Assembly: GCA_002633005.1 (NCBI GenBank)
Contig: NMRA01000033.1
Location: forward strand, 1,416,797-1,480,796
DNA length: 64,000 nt
From: Phoronis australis
Taxonomy: Eukaryota; Animalia; Phoronida
Direction of reading: 5' to 3'
In this document: one piece after another, positions 49,901-61,325 of the stretch
Numbering within the stretch: position 1 is the stretch's first letter
Layout of the letters: every line of letters starts with the position of its first letter
Program-made: the position numbers and the translations under genes
Notes under the pieces: generated by a model
The model's input: only the letters and a program-made list of their open reading frames with translations
What the model was told of the DNA's origin: nothing
Database searches by the model: none

Positions 49901-52900
49901 TCTGACTGCAACATTTCTGACCAGGGCTTTTGAAATGTTAAGCACAATCAACTACTTGACCTCTTTAAGTAAACCTGCATAAAGAAAGAACTCTCCAGAT
50001 GGGAGGCACATCAGAATAGAGTCTAGCACAAACTCTTATGTAGCAAGGGGTGTGTTATGTAGGCCAAAGACACTTGCCTGAAAACCTAACAAGATCACAT
50101 GCTTCACTTGTACTGCATGGTGATATCTCACAAAGACAAGCACCATCTCCCTTTTCTAGCAAGTGGGCCCGGTCTCTAATCTTTGTACTCGAAAAGAACT
50201 CGAAACTATTTTTGGCAATTTCTCTGCTCCTTTTGTGCAAACTTAAGATAATTGGTTATCAGACTGTGTTCGAATACATTATAGTTTATGCATAGGTGTT
50301 TCTAGTTCAAGTTTGCCCTTCAAGACCCTTATATTCGTGGTACAAACTCGAGTAAAAACTCGAAATTTCGAGTTCAAACTCGAACTTATTGCTTTAATAT
50401 TGGGTTTACAAACTGTGAACTAAGGGCAATAAATTATCTACGTAAGTTATTGTGTACTCCAGCATAGAATAATAGACATTTATCTTGAGTTCGCCCAAAA
50501 GTAGAGTAGAAAATGCCAAACCTAATTTCGAGTTCCATTTCGAGTAAAAAGATTGCAGACTTCGGGCCCTGGTCTAAGGAATGGAGCCCAGACCAATTTC
50601 CACTGCAGAAAGGGCTTTAAATAAACTAATATTGCTTTTCAGAGACACACAGCATGAAACCTTGGCAGATGCCACTTGCTTTTAACAAGAACAGGCACCC
50701 TGCTGTTAAAAACAATTGACTCACTGATAACACAGCAGGAGCAGAACAGGCAGTCTAGAGGTACTAGTGGGAAAGGGCATTACAACTAACACTCAGTTAG
50801 TCCTTATTCCAGTCAAGTGTCGAATGTAAACACAAATCAACTCAAAACTGTTGTAAACACAAAAACCCATCGCAGCATTTTGGCCAATTTTTATCGTACT
50901 TCTTCTGCGAAAGAAGGAATTTACACATATTTTTCATGAGGAATTCAATTTCAGAAGCCAAACATGTTAAAAATTACCAGTTTCCACAATTAACATTTAA
51001 ATTTATTTCAGCCATTATTTTATCACCCTGAAGATATCACTAATGCGATAATTGTCCTTTACAACACACAGGAGCTAAGATCAACTATGGTGATATCAAG
51101 GGGAACAGCGACATCGGTCCATGCAGACAAACATAGTCCAACTATAAGACACCACTGAACGGCACAGTTTCCCCAATGGGAAAGGGGACCAAATCCTGCA
51201 TGAGATCTAGGATGACAAGTGACTTGGGTATAATAGGGTAATAGGTGAATGAAATGACGGTTTGAAATCAATTTCAATACATTTGGGGAAGTTGCCCCAC
51301 CTAGTAAACCCCAACTTCTAATAAGAATGAGGAAGGAGAACCCTTGCAAAACCGCGTTCACACGTTGCAGGATATAGTCACGTCATTACACTAGCCTCCA
51401 TTGCAGGAGTCTTACACGTACAGAACTCAACCCAGCTCAAACATTATGATGCTTAAATAACAGAATTGTCTAAACAAAAATATACTTTCATTTTTTGCAG
51501 CAAAGCCTTCCGGATTTACGACAATTTTTCAAAAAAGCACACTTCGAACCCTCAAGTGCTATGGAAATGGTATAATGTTTAAAACAATGAAAGGGGAAAC
51601 AGTTGACATTCCAGTACTGTGACTGACAGATATGTCTACAATGGACATTTCTGGCAAGTTTTTGTAAGCTCATGACTTTTTAAAGTTTTCAACTACAGCA
51701 AGTTGAGAGCTGCAACGTCAAATGGAAAACATTTCACTATCATTAGGAAACAACATATGATGGCTCAACTAGAAAAAAATTAGCTGCATCTTTTAAAAGT
51801 ACTATTAACCAAGAGACTTAACGAATGCCACCCAATTTAATTTAGTCTTTTTTACCGTCTACTTGAAAAACTTAAGGACTTCAGGTAATTTGTTGAGTCG
51901 AAACTGTATTTTTTATTCAAGAATTCAAGTTGCCCTATCGACGATCGCAAGGCAGCGATGCATCAGTCAGCAAGTTTTCGGCCTGGGATTTCTACACAAT
52001 TTTCTGAAAAAGGATCGTAATTGAACAACGAAGTTTGATAGCAATGCACCACTATTTTGTGGAAATTCTGTCACAGGTTACAGATACATCGCAGAGCGTA
52101 AATTTGATGAATCCTTGCTTCCGATTTCACCCGTTTCGGGTGACAAAATTTGTTTTATGCCATCTTAACAACACAAAGATAATAGATTGTAAATATTCCT
52201 AATCTTCATCTTTTCTACAAAAATTGACAAAATAGAAATTTCATTTGTCTGCCATTTTGTTCTCTAAGTAGGTGAAGAATTCCTGCAATCAACAAACATG
52301 TCTCAAAATTTTCCTTGAAATGACTCCTCTGTCAGCAAAGTAGACTGAGAGATCGTCTGCCAGTGATATAAAACTGACCAAGCTTGGAAGGGCTGATCAA
52401 TACTGTGAAAACTAATTCACTGGGGGGACACGACACTCACTGAATGGAAGTAACGAAAAAAAGGTCCCTCATTAACATCTGAATTGACTGTACGCAGAAA
52501 GTAGTTCACCAGCATCAAGGCACAGCTCGAATAAGGGGGACACATGACTCCCAGTGGCATTTTTAGAGGGGGGCCAAGGGGGCCATGGCCCTCCCTAAAG
52601 GTCTCCCAGATTCCATTTGACAGTTCGGGGGTGCCAGTGTCCTGGCTAATACTCTGCCCTCGCCCCCCTAACTCAAAATCCTGGATCCGCCCCTGACCCC
52701 CTTACTAAAGTTAGTACATAGGGGCACTTGCACCACCTTATCAATTTCCAGTACCCTTTTGACAGTTGTTTCGCTTGTATAGGAGTGGTCAGTTTGGGAA
52801 TGAGAATCTTATCATACCCATGTGTAGAAAGCTTGAGACATGCCTTATGAGGTTTAATAACCTAGTTTATAATTTTCATTTTAGGAAGAGGCAATATTAC

Positions 52901-55900
52901 TTCCAAGTTATATTGAGTGGTACACATGTGGATCAGAAATCACCGACTTTAAAGTAAGATAAAATAAAAATAAAGCAGTTTGTTGCCGAGGAAAATCACT
53001 AATCTATTCTGACTTACTTGACGACTACATTTTCTTAGAGCATTGCAAAATTAAATCAAAACATTCTAAACTCGTCATTGGATAATATTTGCATATAATG
53101 TATTTATGTATTTTCTCCATGGGCCCAAACTCAAAATGTGGGCACATTACATACAACTATTGCCTGCTATTGTGTGTAACAAGATGTCCAAAGTCAATAA
53201 TCTAAACAGCACTCAATATCCTTCTGGTTCATGAATATTCATGCCGACACCTTTAACGACATGCGCTCACCTGTACCACTGTAACATTGCCCCTGTGATA
53301 GCCATACCACCGGGCACCTGGAACGACATTCGACCAATCACGTTGCCTAGCTCCCCGGAATCTGGATGGAATGATGACTCGTATAGTTGCCTGGCATGGT
53401 GCACCTGTTCTGAGGTAGTACCTGGAGGTTCTCGGCACTCTCTAGAATTAGATGCGGGAGTATAAAAACTGTGAAATTCAAACATGAATTAATATATAGT
53501 CAAACCGTAGTACACCAAACCTGATTTAGATGACTAATAACAAGCTCTGTGCCAGGTATACAGTGTACAATTTGATTTCATTTTAACTATAAGAGTGAAG
53601 TTCACTTACAATGAACTTTTAAAAAATGTTCCTGGATGTTTTAATTCAAATAATAATCGTGCTATTAAGGAAACATAACTATTTCAATGAGGCCAAGTGA
53701 TGCAGACTTGGCCATTGAAGTATGCCTGTTTTTTCAAAGTCACTGTTAGGCGAGCTGTACATACAAAACGTGAGAATGAGAAAATTACTGCATGTTCAAC
53801 TACATGTGTCTAGGCGTCACAGTACAGTCCCTGATTTTCTTTTTCCAAAAACTGGCCGAAAGAAATCAGATTTGGCAAACATTCTGTGTTATACAAAGCC
53901 AATTTCAGTATTGATAAATAACATAAAAAGAACCTGGGAATTGCCAGTTTCTTTTTTCAACTGAATTATGCTGCAACTCTGCATCACTAATAAAAAGCTG
54001 CATACCATGGTTGTTTCTCAAAACCAGTAAAAGAACAGTGCCACCTTCAGAAGGAATGAACAACTAATCGAAAATGACCACTGCAAAATGATCATCCATC
54101 AATTTTTGGCGAGAATCATCTAACTTGATAATTACATCCTTTGTTACTTTTGATAATTAAAAACACAAAATATTACATGGCATCTATTACTGATATACAC
54201 TACAATACATTAGTCATGAGAAAAAATGCCCGTATTCCTGTCACGATGGCTAATGTCTGTAAACAGCAAAATTACAGGTAAAAACTATTAGGCCGGCAAA
54301 ATTCTTATTACCACCGGCCGTAGCCACCCCACCAACTTTCCTGTTAATTACTCGTCAAGGTCGGGCACGAAGGAAGACTTTGACAATTTGGCTTCCGCCC
54401 AGCCGTCATGACTGGGAATTCCGGGACTTTGTCTAGGAGCACATCATTAGTAAATGCACTACAAGTAAAACCCTGGCTTCAATGTTTCCACAACAAGGCA
54501 GATTAAAAGACAACTGGCATTTTCCTTTTAGTGTTTTGATCTGAATGCCTACCAGTCTAAAATCATGATAAGAATATTACAGATAATAGGTCTAGAACGA
54601 AAGTGGCTAAATGCACAGACAGTACTGTGGATTTAGGGAAAAAATACAAGCAACAATTTACAAATCCAAGTGACGGCAAGATCCTTCTTCAGTATGTTTA
54701 GAATGCAAAATCCAAAAGATAAGTCTAATCTTATCTTGACCTCTCTCACACCATCTGCATTAGATGCAAAGTGAACCAGACCAGTCCAGTATGAACCAGT
54801 TCTGTCAACAAGGCCAGTAAACATCCACTCACAACAATGCAGTTGTTTTGCACTGATGCATGAAGGTTAACAACCAAACAAAAGTGTTCTAAATACCCAA
54901 TTCATGAGCTGATTGCAGAAACACTAGCGAATTTGCTAGCACTTTCACTAGCAGCAAAACACCAGTCGTGTAGGTAAATACAAGCGTAACTGTTACTTTA
55001 CTGGCAGTTTGAGTTACCTCAAACCTGATGGGTGTTTTCGCTAGCACTTCTGCAGTCAGACCGCTTACTTCAAAGGGCACACATATATAGGGGTAAGAGG
55101 CCTTTGTTCATCATACCATTAATAAATTTACAGCAGAGAATTAAAATGTTTTCACATCAATTTTCCCTTAACAGTGATTCAGTTGGTCAGGAAACAAACT
55201 AACTGCTGACAAAAATTACCCCTTTGGGGACAGCTTTTCTGTTTGGCTAAAACACTAGCATTTTTGCCAACGAAACTGCAAGTGTTTTTGCCAAGTAAAA
55301 CATCATCCGCTAGACAAATTTATAAAAGCTGCATAAATCTACACCTTGGCTTTATGAAGAATTGTTCATAAATCTTGCAAACGGACAATGGAAATACAGC
55401 CACTTCAGGGTAAGTTTATAGATTTGACTATAGTTTCTTAAACTGGCCATTGCAAACACTTAACTGGCCATTGCAAACACTTAACTGGCCATTGCAAACA
55501 CTTAACTGGCCATTGCAAACACTTAACTGGCAATTGCAAACACTATAGTTTATTTAAGTGGCCATTGCAAATTGGAAGTGGTAGTTCTACCAAAGATAAC
55601 ATTTTGATTTTACAAAATTTCATTTTAATTAGTGGTCCAAACGGTTTCTTATAAAACCCTATGTGAACAAATATTGATTTACAGGCAGGTTACAAGTCTA
55701 GTTCTCCCAATCTATAAAACAATTTATAGTTGGAAACTGTCACGTTTAAGCTCCAGTTCCAATTTAGAATCTGAAGCATAAAGATCTTACTTACTTGTAC
55801 GCTAGTATGAGATCTTTGGCATCATTCAAATGCTTGGTGGAATAGAGCACAGTTCGAGGATCTGTGAGCCAAAAGAAGTGTTTCACTCGGCCAATAAATG

Positions 55901-55982
55901 TTGACTGATCCCAGTAAGGCTTAGAAAGGTCGATACGCTTAGACGATGCTATGTCACTTGTAACAGTAGAGGTGCCCTCCAT
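40915..55982 (-). CDS. SFXN2: Sideroflexin-2-like mitochondrial inner-membrane transporter, 336 aa, 7 coding exons
   Basis: Exons (minus): 55795-55982, 53271-53441, 49686-49784, 45945-46023, 44219-44532, 42300-42347, 40915-41026, totalling 1011 nt with GT-AG junctions and consistent phases. Family motifs: [96 protein letters not shown] and C-terminal YFNKGL*. Confidence 0.93.
41365..41760. repeat. 21-bp minisatellite in two blocks
   Basis: Unit GTCAATCGGTGTTTAGGGGAGT-like at 41365-41435 and 41581-41760. Confidence 0.85.
42481..43984. mobile_element. Non-autonomous pogo/Tigger-like (Tc1-mariner) DNA transposon, ~1.5 kb
   Basis: TIRs CTGTATTCGGCGTAATAACCGCCC ... GGACGGTTATTACGGCGAATACGG followed by TA, with subterminal GGGGCGCTT motifs. 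No intact transposase. Confidence 0.75.
47532..47787 (+). mobile_element. Possible solo LTR
   Basis: TGTTAGGCTC...GGGCCGCAACA (TG..CA, short inverted ends) with internal AATAAA at ~47725. No clear target-site duplication. Confidence 0.3.
48445..48950. mobile_element. Young MITE with perfect 13-bp TIR and 6-bp target-site duplication
   Basis: CAGGGCTTGGAAT ... ATTCCAAGCCCTG flanked on both sides by ACTTAT; subterminal GCGGAAA repeats. Confidence 0.9.
50165..50569. mobile_element. MITE with ~40-bp TIRs
   Basis: GGGCCCGGTCTCTAATCTTTGTACTCGAAAAGAACTCGAAA ... TTTCGAGTTCCATTTCGAGTAAAAAGATTGCAGACTTCGGGCCC, with internal ACTCGAA repeats. Confidence 0.8.
51861..52139 (-). repeat. Inverted ~275-bp copy of the internal part (42577-42851) of the pogo-like element
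   Basis: GCTTCCGATTTCACCCGTTTCGG is the reverse complement of CCGAAACGGGTGAAATCGGAAGC; colinear similarity extends through ..TTACCTGAA.TCC..TTAAG.TTT.CAAGT. Confidence 0.85.
52553..52695. mobile_element. Short GC-rich MITE (CAGGGGCGGATCCAGG-type end)
   Basis: CAGTGGC...GGGGGCCATGGCCCTCCC...AAAATCCTGGATCCGCCCCTG. Confidence 0.6.
55437..55543. repeat. 21-bp tandem repeat, 5 copies
   Basis: (TTAACTGGCCATTGCAAACAC)n with near-identical units and no spacers. Confidence 0.92.
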
Positions 55983-57299
55983 GTTTGGTGCTTTCGCTAC
56001 AATAAAAACAGCACCTTTCAAAAATACATGAAATCTCACCTGCAAAATTAGTGAACTTTTGAACTATAATTCGACGACAAATTGTTATTTTTGATCTGGT
56101 TTCCTTTCAAGGTTTTCACCATTAAGAAAAAGACAAAAGCAATCAGACAAAATACAATTTTCGCGTCGTGACAGGTAAATCTGTTAATAGTAAAAATTAC
56201 TGATTACAATTATTACTGAGAGCAGCAAAATTCTTGTTGGTTCCCCTTCATTCTCGGCAAAGAAGGAAGACTACCTTGTTGGCGAATTGGGGTTCTGCCC
56301 AGCTGTCAGGATGGGGAACATTTTGTCTGAATACTTTATAAGCTTGTACTGGGTGTCATTCACACAAACTGTAGGCAATTTGAAATTGATATGCAAGGTC
56401 TGTGAAAGTAGTTCTTTGTGAACCATACTCTTATAGGATACAACTGTCCCAGTTGGCCCCTGTAAGTAAACATAAACCCCTGGGGATCAGATTGTTTTAT
56501 TACCCCTAGGGATTCTTGACTAGCCCATCCCAGAATGTGACTCTCCTGAAGTATGTTAATACAAACAGACCTGTGACCCTTTCCTAGTATTACCATGATG
56601 ATAAATGGACATACAGTGAAATAACACAATTCTAAGGGCAATGACGGTCCTTTGCAGTTATGATAATTTTCATGAAACAAATCAAAAGTTGCATACAAAT
56701 GGAAATGACAATTTAGAAAACTGTATCAGGTTCATCCTTAACATTTTTATAAAACGAAACTAAGCAATTGTTGATACTGTTGTTTTAATATCAGTGTACC
56801 TTTCTTTTAGATGTTACACGGTCACGTGATGGAATTAATGCCAATGGCAGATTGGTAACATGTCAAAAATCAAATTGTAACGTAAGCGCGCAGACATAAA
56901 AATGTCTAGGGGCCTACCTTCAGAAACTAAATACTTTAACTGAGTTAAAATCTACAGTTTTGTAGAAATTATTGTTTAAATACACAGGCTTGTCGACACG
57001 GTCCTACACACCAAGGCATTCCAATCCAAGCCCAAAGCCAAAACCTGGGGCTGGAGAGTGGAGTCTCCCGACTCGAGAACCTGACCAACTACGTCCAGTT
57101 GAGCACTGTGATAATGAAAACACACACAATGACACGGGCACTGTTTAAATAGCCAATATGTGTTGTGCAAAAGGTAAATTTTGTATCGCAAACAGATAAA
57201 GTCCTCACCCAACAGCACCCAACAGCACCCGACCTGCACTCAACAGCGTGATTCTACGCGAGACGGAGGCAGATGGCTACATGCAGAAATGTAGTTGCA

Positions 57300-57940
57300 T
57301 TTTACGCCACACATGTCTCTTCCTCACAAGATTATCTGCCTCCCGTTCAGTAACGCTAGGACCTCGCTAAAAAGCAAGACATCGCGAGATTACGTGAGAT
57401 ATTGCCGTGCATTTGAAACAACAACACGTGACTTTGACTAGGTATTAGCTAGGTCCTAGCGTAGGTCCTAGCGTCTACTGAACGCACACTTGCTCAGCTC
57501 CTCTCGCTGGTTCCCTGCGTGCTTCGCGCAGCCTGGCGGCACGCAGGGAACCAGCGAGCTCAGATCCTCAGACGCAAGAATCTCGCAAAAGAAGCTTGTA
57601 AGTTCACGTGTTCTGTGTAGTCAGATTGCAATATCTCGAGAAATATAGCGTGGTTTCCTGTTTTTTTGCGAGGTCTCGTGTTTATGGAACGCAAATTTTG
57701 CTTGCTCGCGGCACGCAGGGAACCAACGAGATTTTACATGCATTCCGTACACGAGAATCTCGCAAGAGAACCTAATTTGATCACATGATTTCTTTTAATG
57801 CAAGGCAATATCTCGCGATAACATCCGTGAGTTACTGTTTTTGCTAGTATTCGTCGTAACACGCAGCCGGAAACGGTTTGGTTTGACAAAGAGGTACTGA
57901 CGTCACGATCTTGGATACCTCCAAAGCTAAAATTTGGAAA
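57300..57940. promoter_or_regulatory. Putative bidirectional promoter region between SFXN2 and ARL3
   Basis: CpG-richer stretch between divergently oriented genes. It contains CCGGAAAC (ETS-like), TGACGTCA (CRE, 57898-57905), several CACGTG and TCTCGCGA-like words. The TSSs are not determined. Confidence 0.5.
57344..57484. mobile_element. Short MITE family A, copy 3 (related inverted cores follow at ~57573-57690 and ~57750-57850)
   Basis: CGTTCAGTA ... TACTGAACG ends; core GCGAGATTACGTGAGATATTGCC matches the copies at 21891 and 28326. Confidence 0.7.
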
Positions 57941-60900
57941 ATGGTAAGATACGCATGTTGTTGAGAGTCCACTGGGCTGTTATTTCTGCTTTATTTTAGT
58001 TGGGAAGAATTCCACCATGAGTCTTGTTGTGAAAACATTTGCACATTCATTTTTATGTTATAAAGTTTCTCGAATTTCAAAATTCACCGTTGAGCGCGAA
58101 GATGTCTGAGTCTACACGTTCAGTCGCACACTGTCACCGACACTGACTCACTGTGACACCAGTGTCACTGGTGTCACAGTCACACTGACACAGTTAGTGA
58201 CCAGTGACAGTGGCAACACTGTCACTGCCGGCGGTCTACTGAGAAGTCTCAGTGATACTGTGCCTCTGGCTAATGTTTTCTCTTGTTTTATACACCTGTG
58301 ACCAAAGCAAAAGTCCTGAAAGGCTGAATAAGCAGTTGGCAACTTGGTTGTCATACTACCCACTGTCCGATAGTAATTACTCATGTGATGGCATGGACAT
58401 ATATCAGCCTTCACAAATATATCTGTTTTGCCAATCTTAACCCTTGTTTGTCTCTGTAAACAGAGTTTTGAAACGGTCGGTGATATGGTTGGCCATTTTG
58501 AATGACGCCCTAGGCTAAAGTCGTGACCGTTTCAGTCACACAGAAATACACGAAGAAAGAACACACAAATCAACTACAGTACTTACAGTTACTCTAGATG
58601 GCATAAAAACGCATTTTATTGTTTATTAATTCGGTTTCAACTGAAATAAATTGTTAAGTCTTTTGCACCCAACTTCGATGTGCACAGACGTTTTCAATGA
58701 GGTTGTTTACGTAAAATGCTAAGAACCCAGCATCAATTATCTCTCTGAACTTTATTGCATTGGCATTACAAAACTTGATCCACCCTGGGACATTTTGATA
58801 CATTGTTCAAGCCACCCCTGGAGCTCATGTTACAGCAAATCTGTACGATTTTTAGTTTCGAAAATATATTCTGAAAAAAAAGTGGATTAGTGAAATATGC
58901 TGTTTTAAGATACAGTTTTTAAAAAGAAGCCACCCACTCATCACTTATTTTCATATTGTGAATATCAACATGTCCGGGTATTCGTTTGACGTTCGTGAGC
59001 AGACGAACGCTGGAAACTGCAACGCTAGATGTCATGGGACCGCGGAAATAAGATCATTCACCACTTTAGGGCTGTCACGACTTTAGGACCTCTGACGGCA
59101 CTTAAACTGGCTATAAATAAATTGACTTGACTTGTCTGTGTGTGTACTAGTAAAGTAGTAACTGTTTCATCACACTAACTCTATAACGGTTCATTATCAC
59201 ATTCAAAATACAGAGCTTGAAGGTTCTACTCTGGCCTTCATCTCTAGCTGAACTAGAGACGGTGAAGCACCTATAGGCGCTTTCTCAATCTAGGCAAAAA
59301 TTACGATATTTTGTTTCGCTAATAACGATAACAAGGGCAAACATTGTAATTTGTATGTGGTTTCAATGTTATTGTTTATCAAATAATCTTGGCTAAACTT
59401 ACACTGTACTATAAGAAGTTGTTTCCAAGAAATATGGTATTTCACTTACTGTGAGCACATGGACTCGTCTTTTGCTTCCCCCCCTTTTTCTTCGTCTTGG
59501 ACTTGTCCACAGTTTCCTGTTTGCGCGGACACTCACTGTGACCTTTTGTGTAGACGAATCGCAACGGTTAACATCTACTGACTCGGTACTAGTGCACTTC
59601 GTTGATGTTTTTCACTGCTCGAGCATCAAGACGCGGACCAAACTTAACCTTAAATTCATCATACAAACAGCACAGGAAAGAGAAAAGTGATAGAGTGTTT
59701 ATTGCTCTCTGAAAATTCGCTTGCCACCTTTGCGACCAGCAAGTGAATTTCTACTCGCCAAACAATATTTTTACTTGCATTGGCGACTGGGTGAGTGGCT
59801 AAGTATATCCCTGCGCTGGAAGCTTTTTGGTAAATTATGTCTCACACTGATTAAAAAATCAAAGTACCTTTTGCGCATAGACGGATACCTTAGGAAGCGG
59901 TCAATGTCTTTAAATTCCTTCCAACTCAAACAAATACTCCCGTAATCAAAGCATCGTTCAGTTGCCCAAATCGGCAACTGGCCATTTTTAACACTGCGTG
60001 CGCCAGGTGGTATAACGTCGTATCCCCTGGCGCACGCAGCATTAAACATGACCAGTTGCCGGTTTTGGCAACCAAACAAAGGTCTGCTCGAAGAAAAAGT
60101 TTGATTACGGGAGTATTATTCGAGTTGGACAGACTTAAAGCCATCGACGGCCTTCTAAGGTGTCCTTCTACGTGCATAAGGTACTTAAAGCAATGTGACT
60201 TTGATTTTTTAATAGTGTGAGGCATAATTCGCCGAAAAGCTTCTGGTGTATGAAGCGCCTGTGGGAACTTCACTGTCTCTAGTTTAGCTAGAGAAGGTGG
60301 TCACTGTCTAGTAGAACATTATTTCGCTAAACAATATCAGGGTTACATGATGAGATAACACTAAAAATTTCTTCTAAAAATCCAGGAAATTAACCATTAA
60401 ACGATAGTTTTCGTAAGTCGATGTTGATGGTTTAACCAGTGTGAAGCATAATTTGCCCTAAAGCTTCATTTGCATTAAGCTGTGCCATCACCTTTGTCTC
60501 TACTGTGGCCATTTGTGACGGCGGTAGTGTCTGTCGTAACCTTTAGTATTGGAGATGGCCAACTCCTAATTTAGCCTGTACGCTTGACATTAAGCCGTGC
60601 CATCACCTTTGTCTCTACTGCGGCCAATTATGTCGGCGGTAGTGTCTGTTGTAACCTTTAGTATAGGAGATGGCCAACTCCTAATTTAGCCTGTACACTT
60701 GAAGCTTTTTGGTGAATTATGCCTCACACTGATTAAACCATCAAATTTTTATTGCTAAGTACCCTTTTGCGCATAGAGGGACACCTTAGGAGGCCGTTGT
60801 TATCTTTGATTGCTTGCAACTCGAACAAATACTCCTGTAATGAAACCTTTTTTTGAATATTCCTTCATTCAGTTGTCCAAATCGGCAACTGTTCATTTTT

Positions 60901-61325
60901 ACACTACTTGCGCCAAGGGATATGACGTGATATCCCCTGGCACCCTTGCGGTAATTAAAGCGGGGTTCAAAAGTATTAAAAACTAATATCATACTACTAA
61001 TACAATGATTGTCTGAAAAATTAGAAATTGTCAATTATTTTTGTCCATTATTTTTTTGTTCAAATTTGAAGAAACTTTACCATAAGGGGCTATATGCTGC
61101 CATCTATTGAACCATCTCCCTCTAGAACATGTTGTGGAATCGAAAACATTGTCGCTGTATGTATGAATGTTTTTTACCCAGGGTTTGCTGGATTTAATTC
61201 GTCGTATGAAGGGCACTCCTGAAAAGGAGCTAAGGATACTCCTACTTGGCCTTGACAATGCAGGCAAAACAACTATTCTACGCATTCTTGCCTCGGAAGA
61301 TGCCACACAAACGGTTCCAACACAG
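57941..61325 (+). CDS. ARL3: ADP-ribosylation factor-like protein 3 (first two coding exons; gene continues beyond window)
   Basis: The 144-nt exon 61182-61325 (acccag|...|gtgagt) encodes [48 protein letters not shown], with P-loop GLDNAGKTT and ARL3-type LASED/PTQ. A candidate ATG-only first coding exon, AAAATG|GTAAGA at 57941-57943, supplies the Met in phase 0; it is less certain than exon 2. No GFNIK/WDIGGQ exon was found before 64000. Confidence 0.85.
58125..58228. repeat. Low-complexity ACACTG/TGTCAC palindromic repeat
   Basis: Dense CACTGTCAC/GTGACAGTG units in both orientations. Confidence 0.6.
59819..60243. mobile_element. Foldback-like palindromic element (partial second copy at 60701-60950)
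   Basis: ~190-220-bp imperfect inverted arms (GAAGCTTTTTGGTAAATTATGTCTCACACT ... AGTGTGAGGCATAATTCGCCGAAAAGCTTC) centred on CTGCGTGCGCCAGG..CCTGGCGCACGCAG. Confidence 0.8.
60473..60702. repeat. Tandem duplication, 2 x 115 bp
   Basis: CATTAAGC.GTGCCATCACCTTTGTCTCTACTG...TTTAGCCTGTAC.CTTGA occurs at 60473 and 60588. Confidence 0.9.

Noticed and set aside
55437-55543. Regular 21-bp repeats resembling a CRISPR array (also 17871-18076, 25020-25208, 41365-41760)
   Set aside because: The units are head-to-tail with no unique spacers, there are no cas genes, and the context is a eukaryotic intron. These are minisatellites.
59450-59650. Antisense exon-like segment with a GTAAGT donor inside ARL3 intron 1
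   Set aside because: An upstream in-frame stop and no recognisable homology mean it cannot be supported without RNA data.
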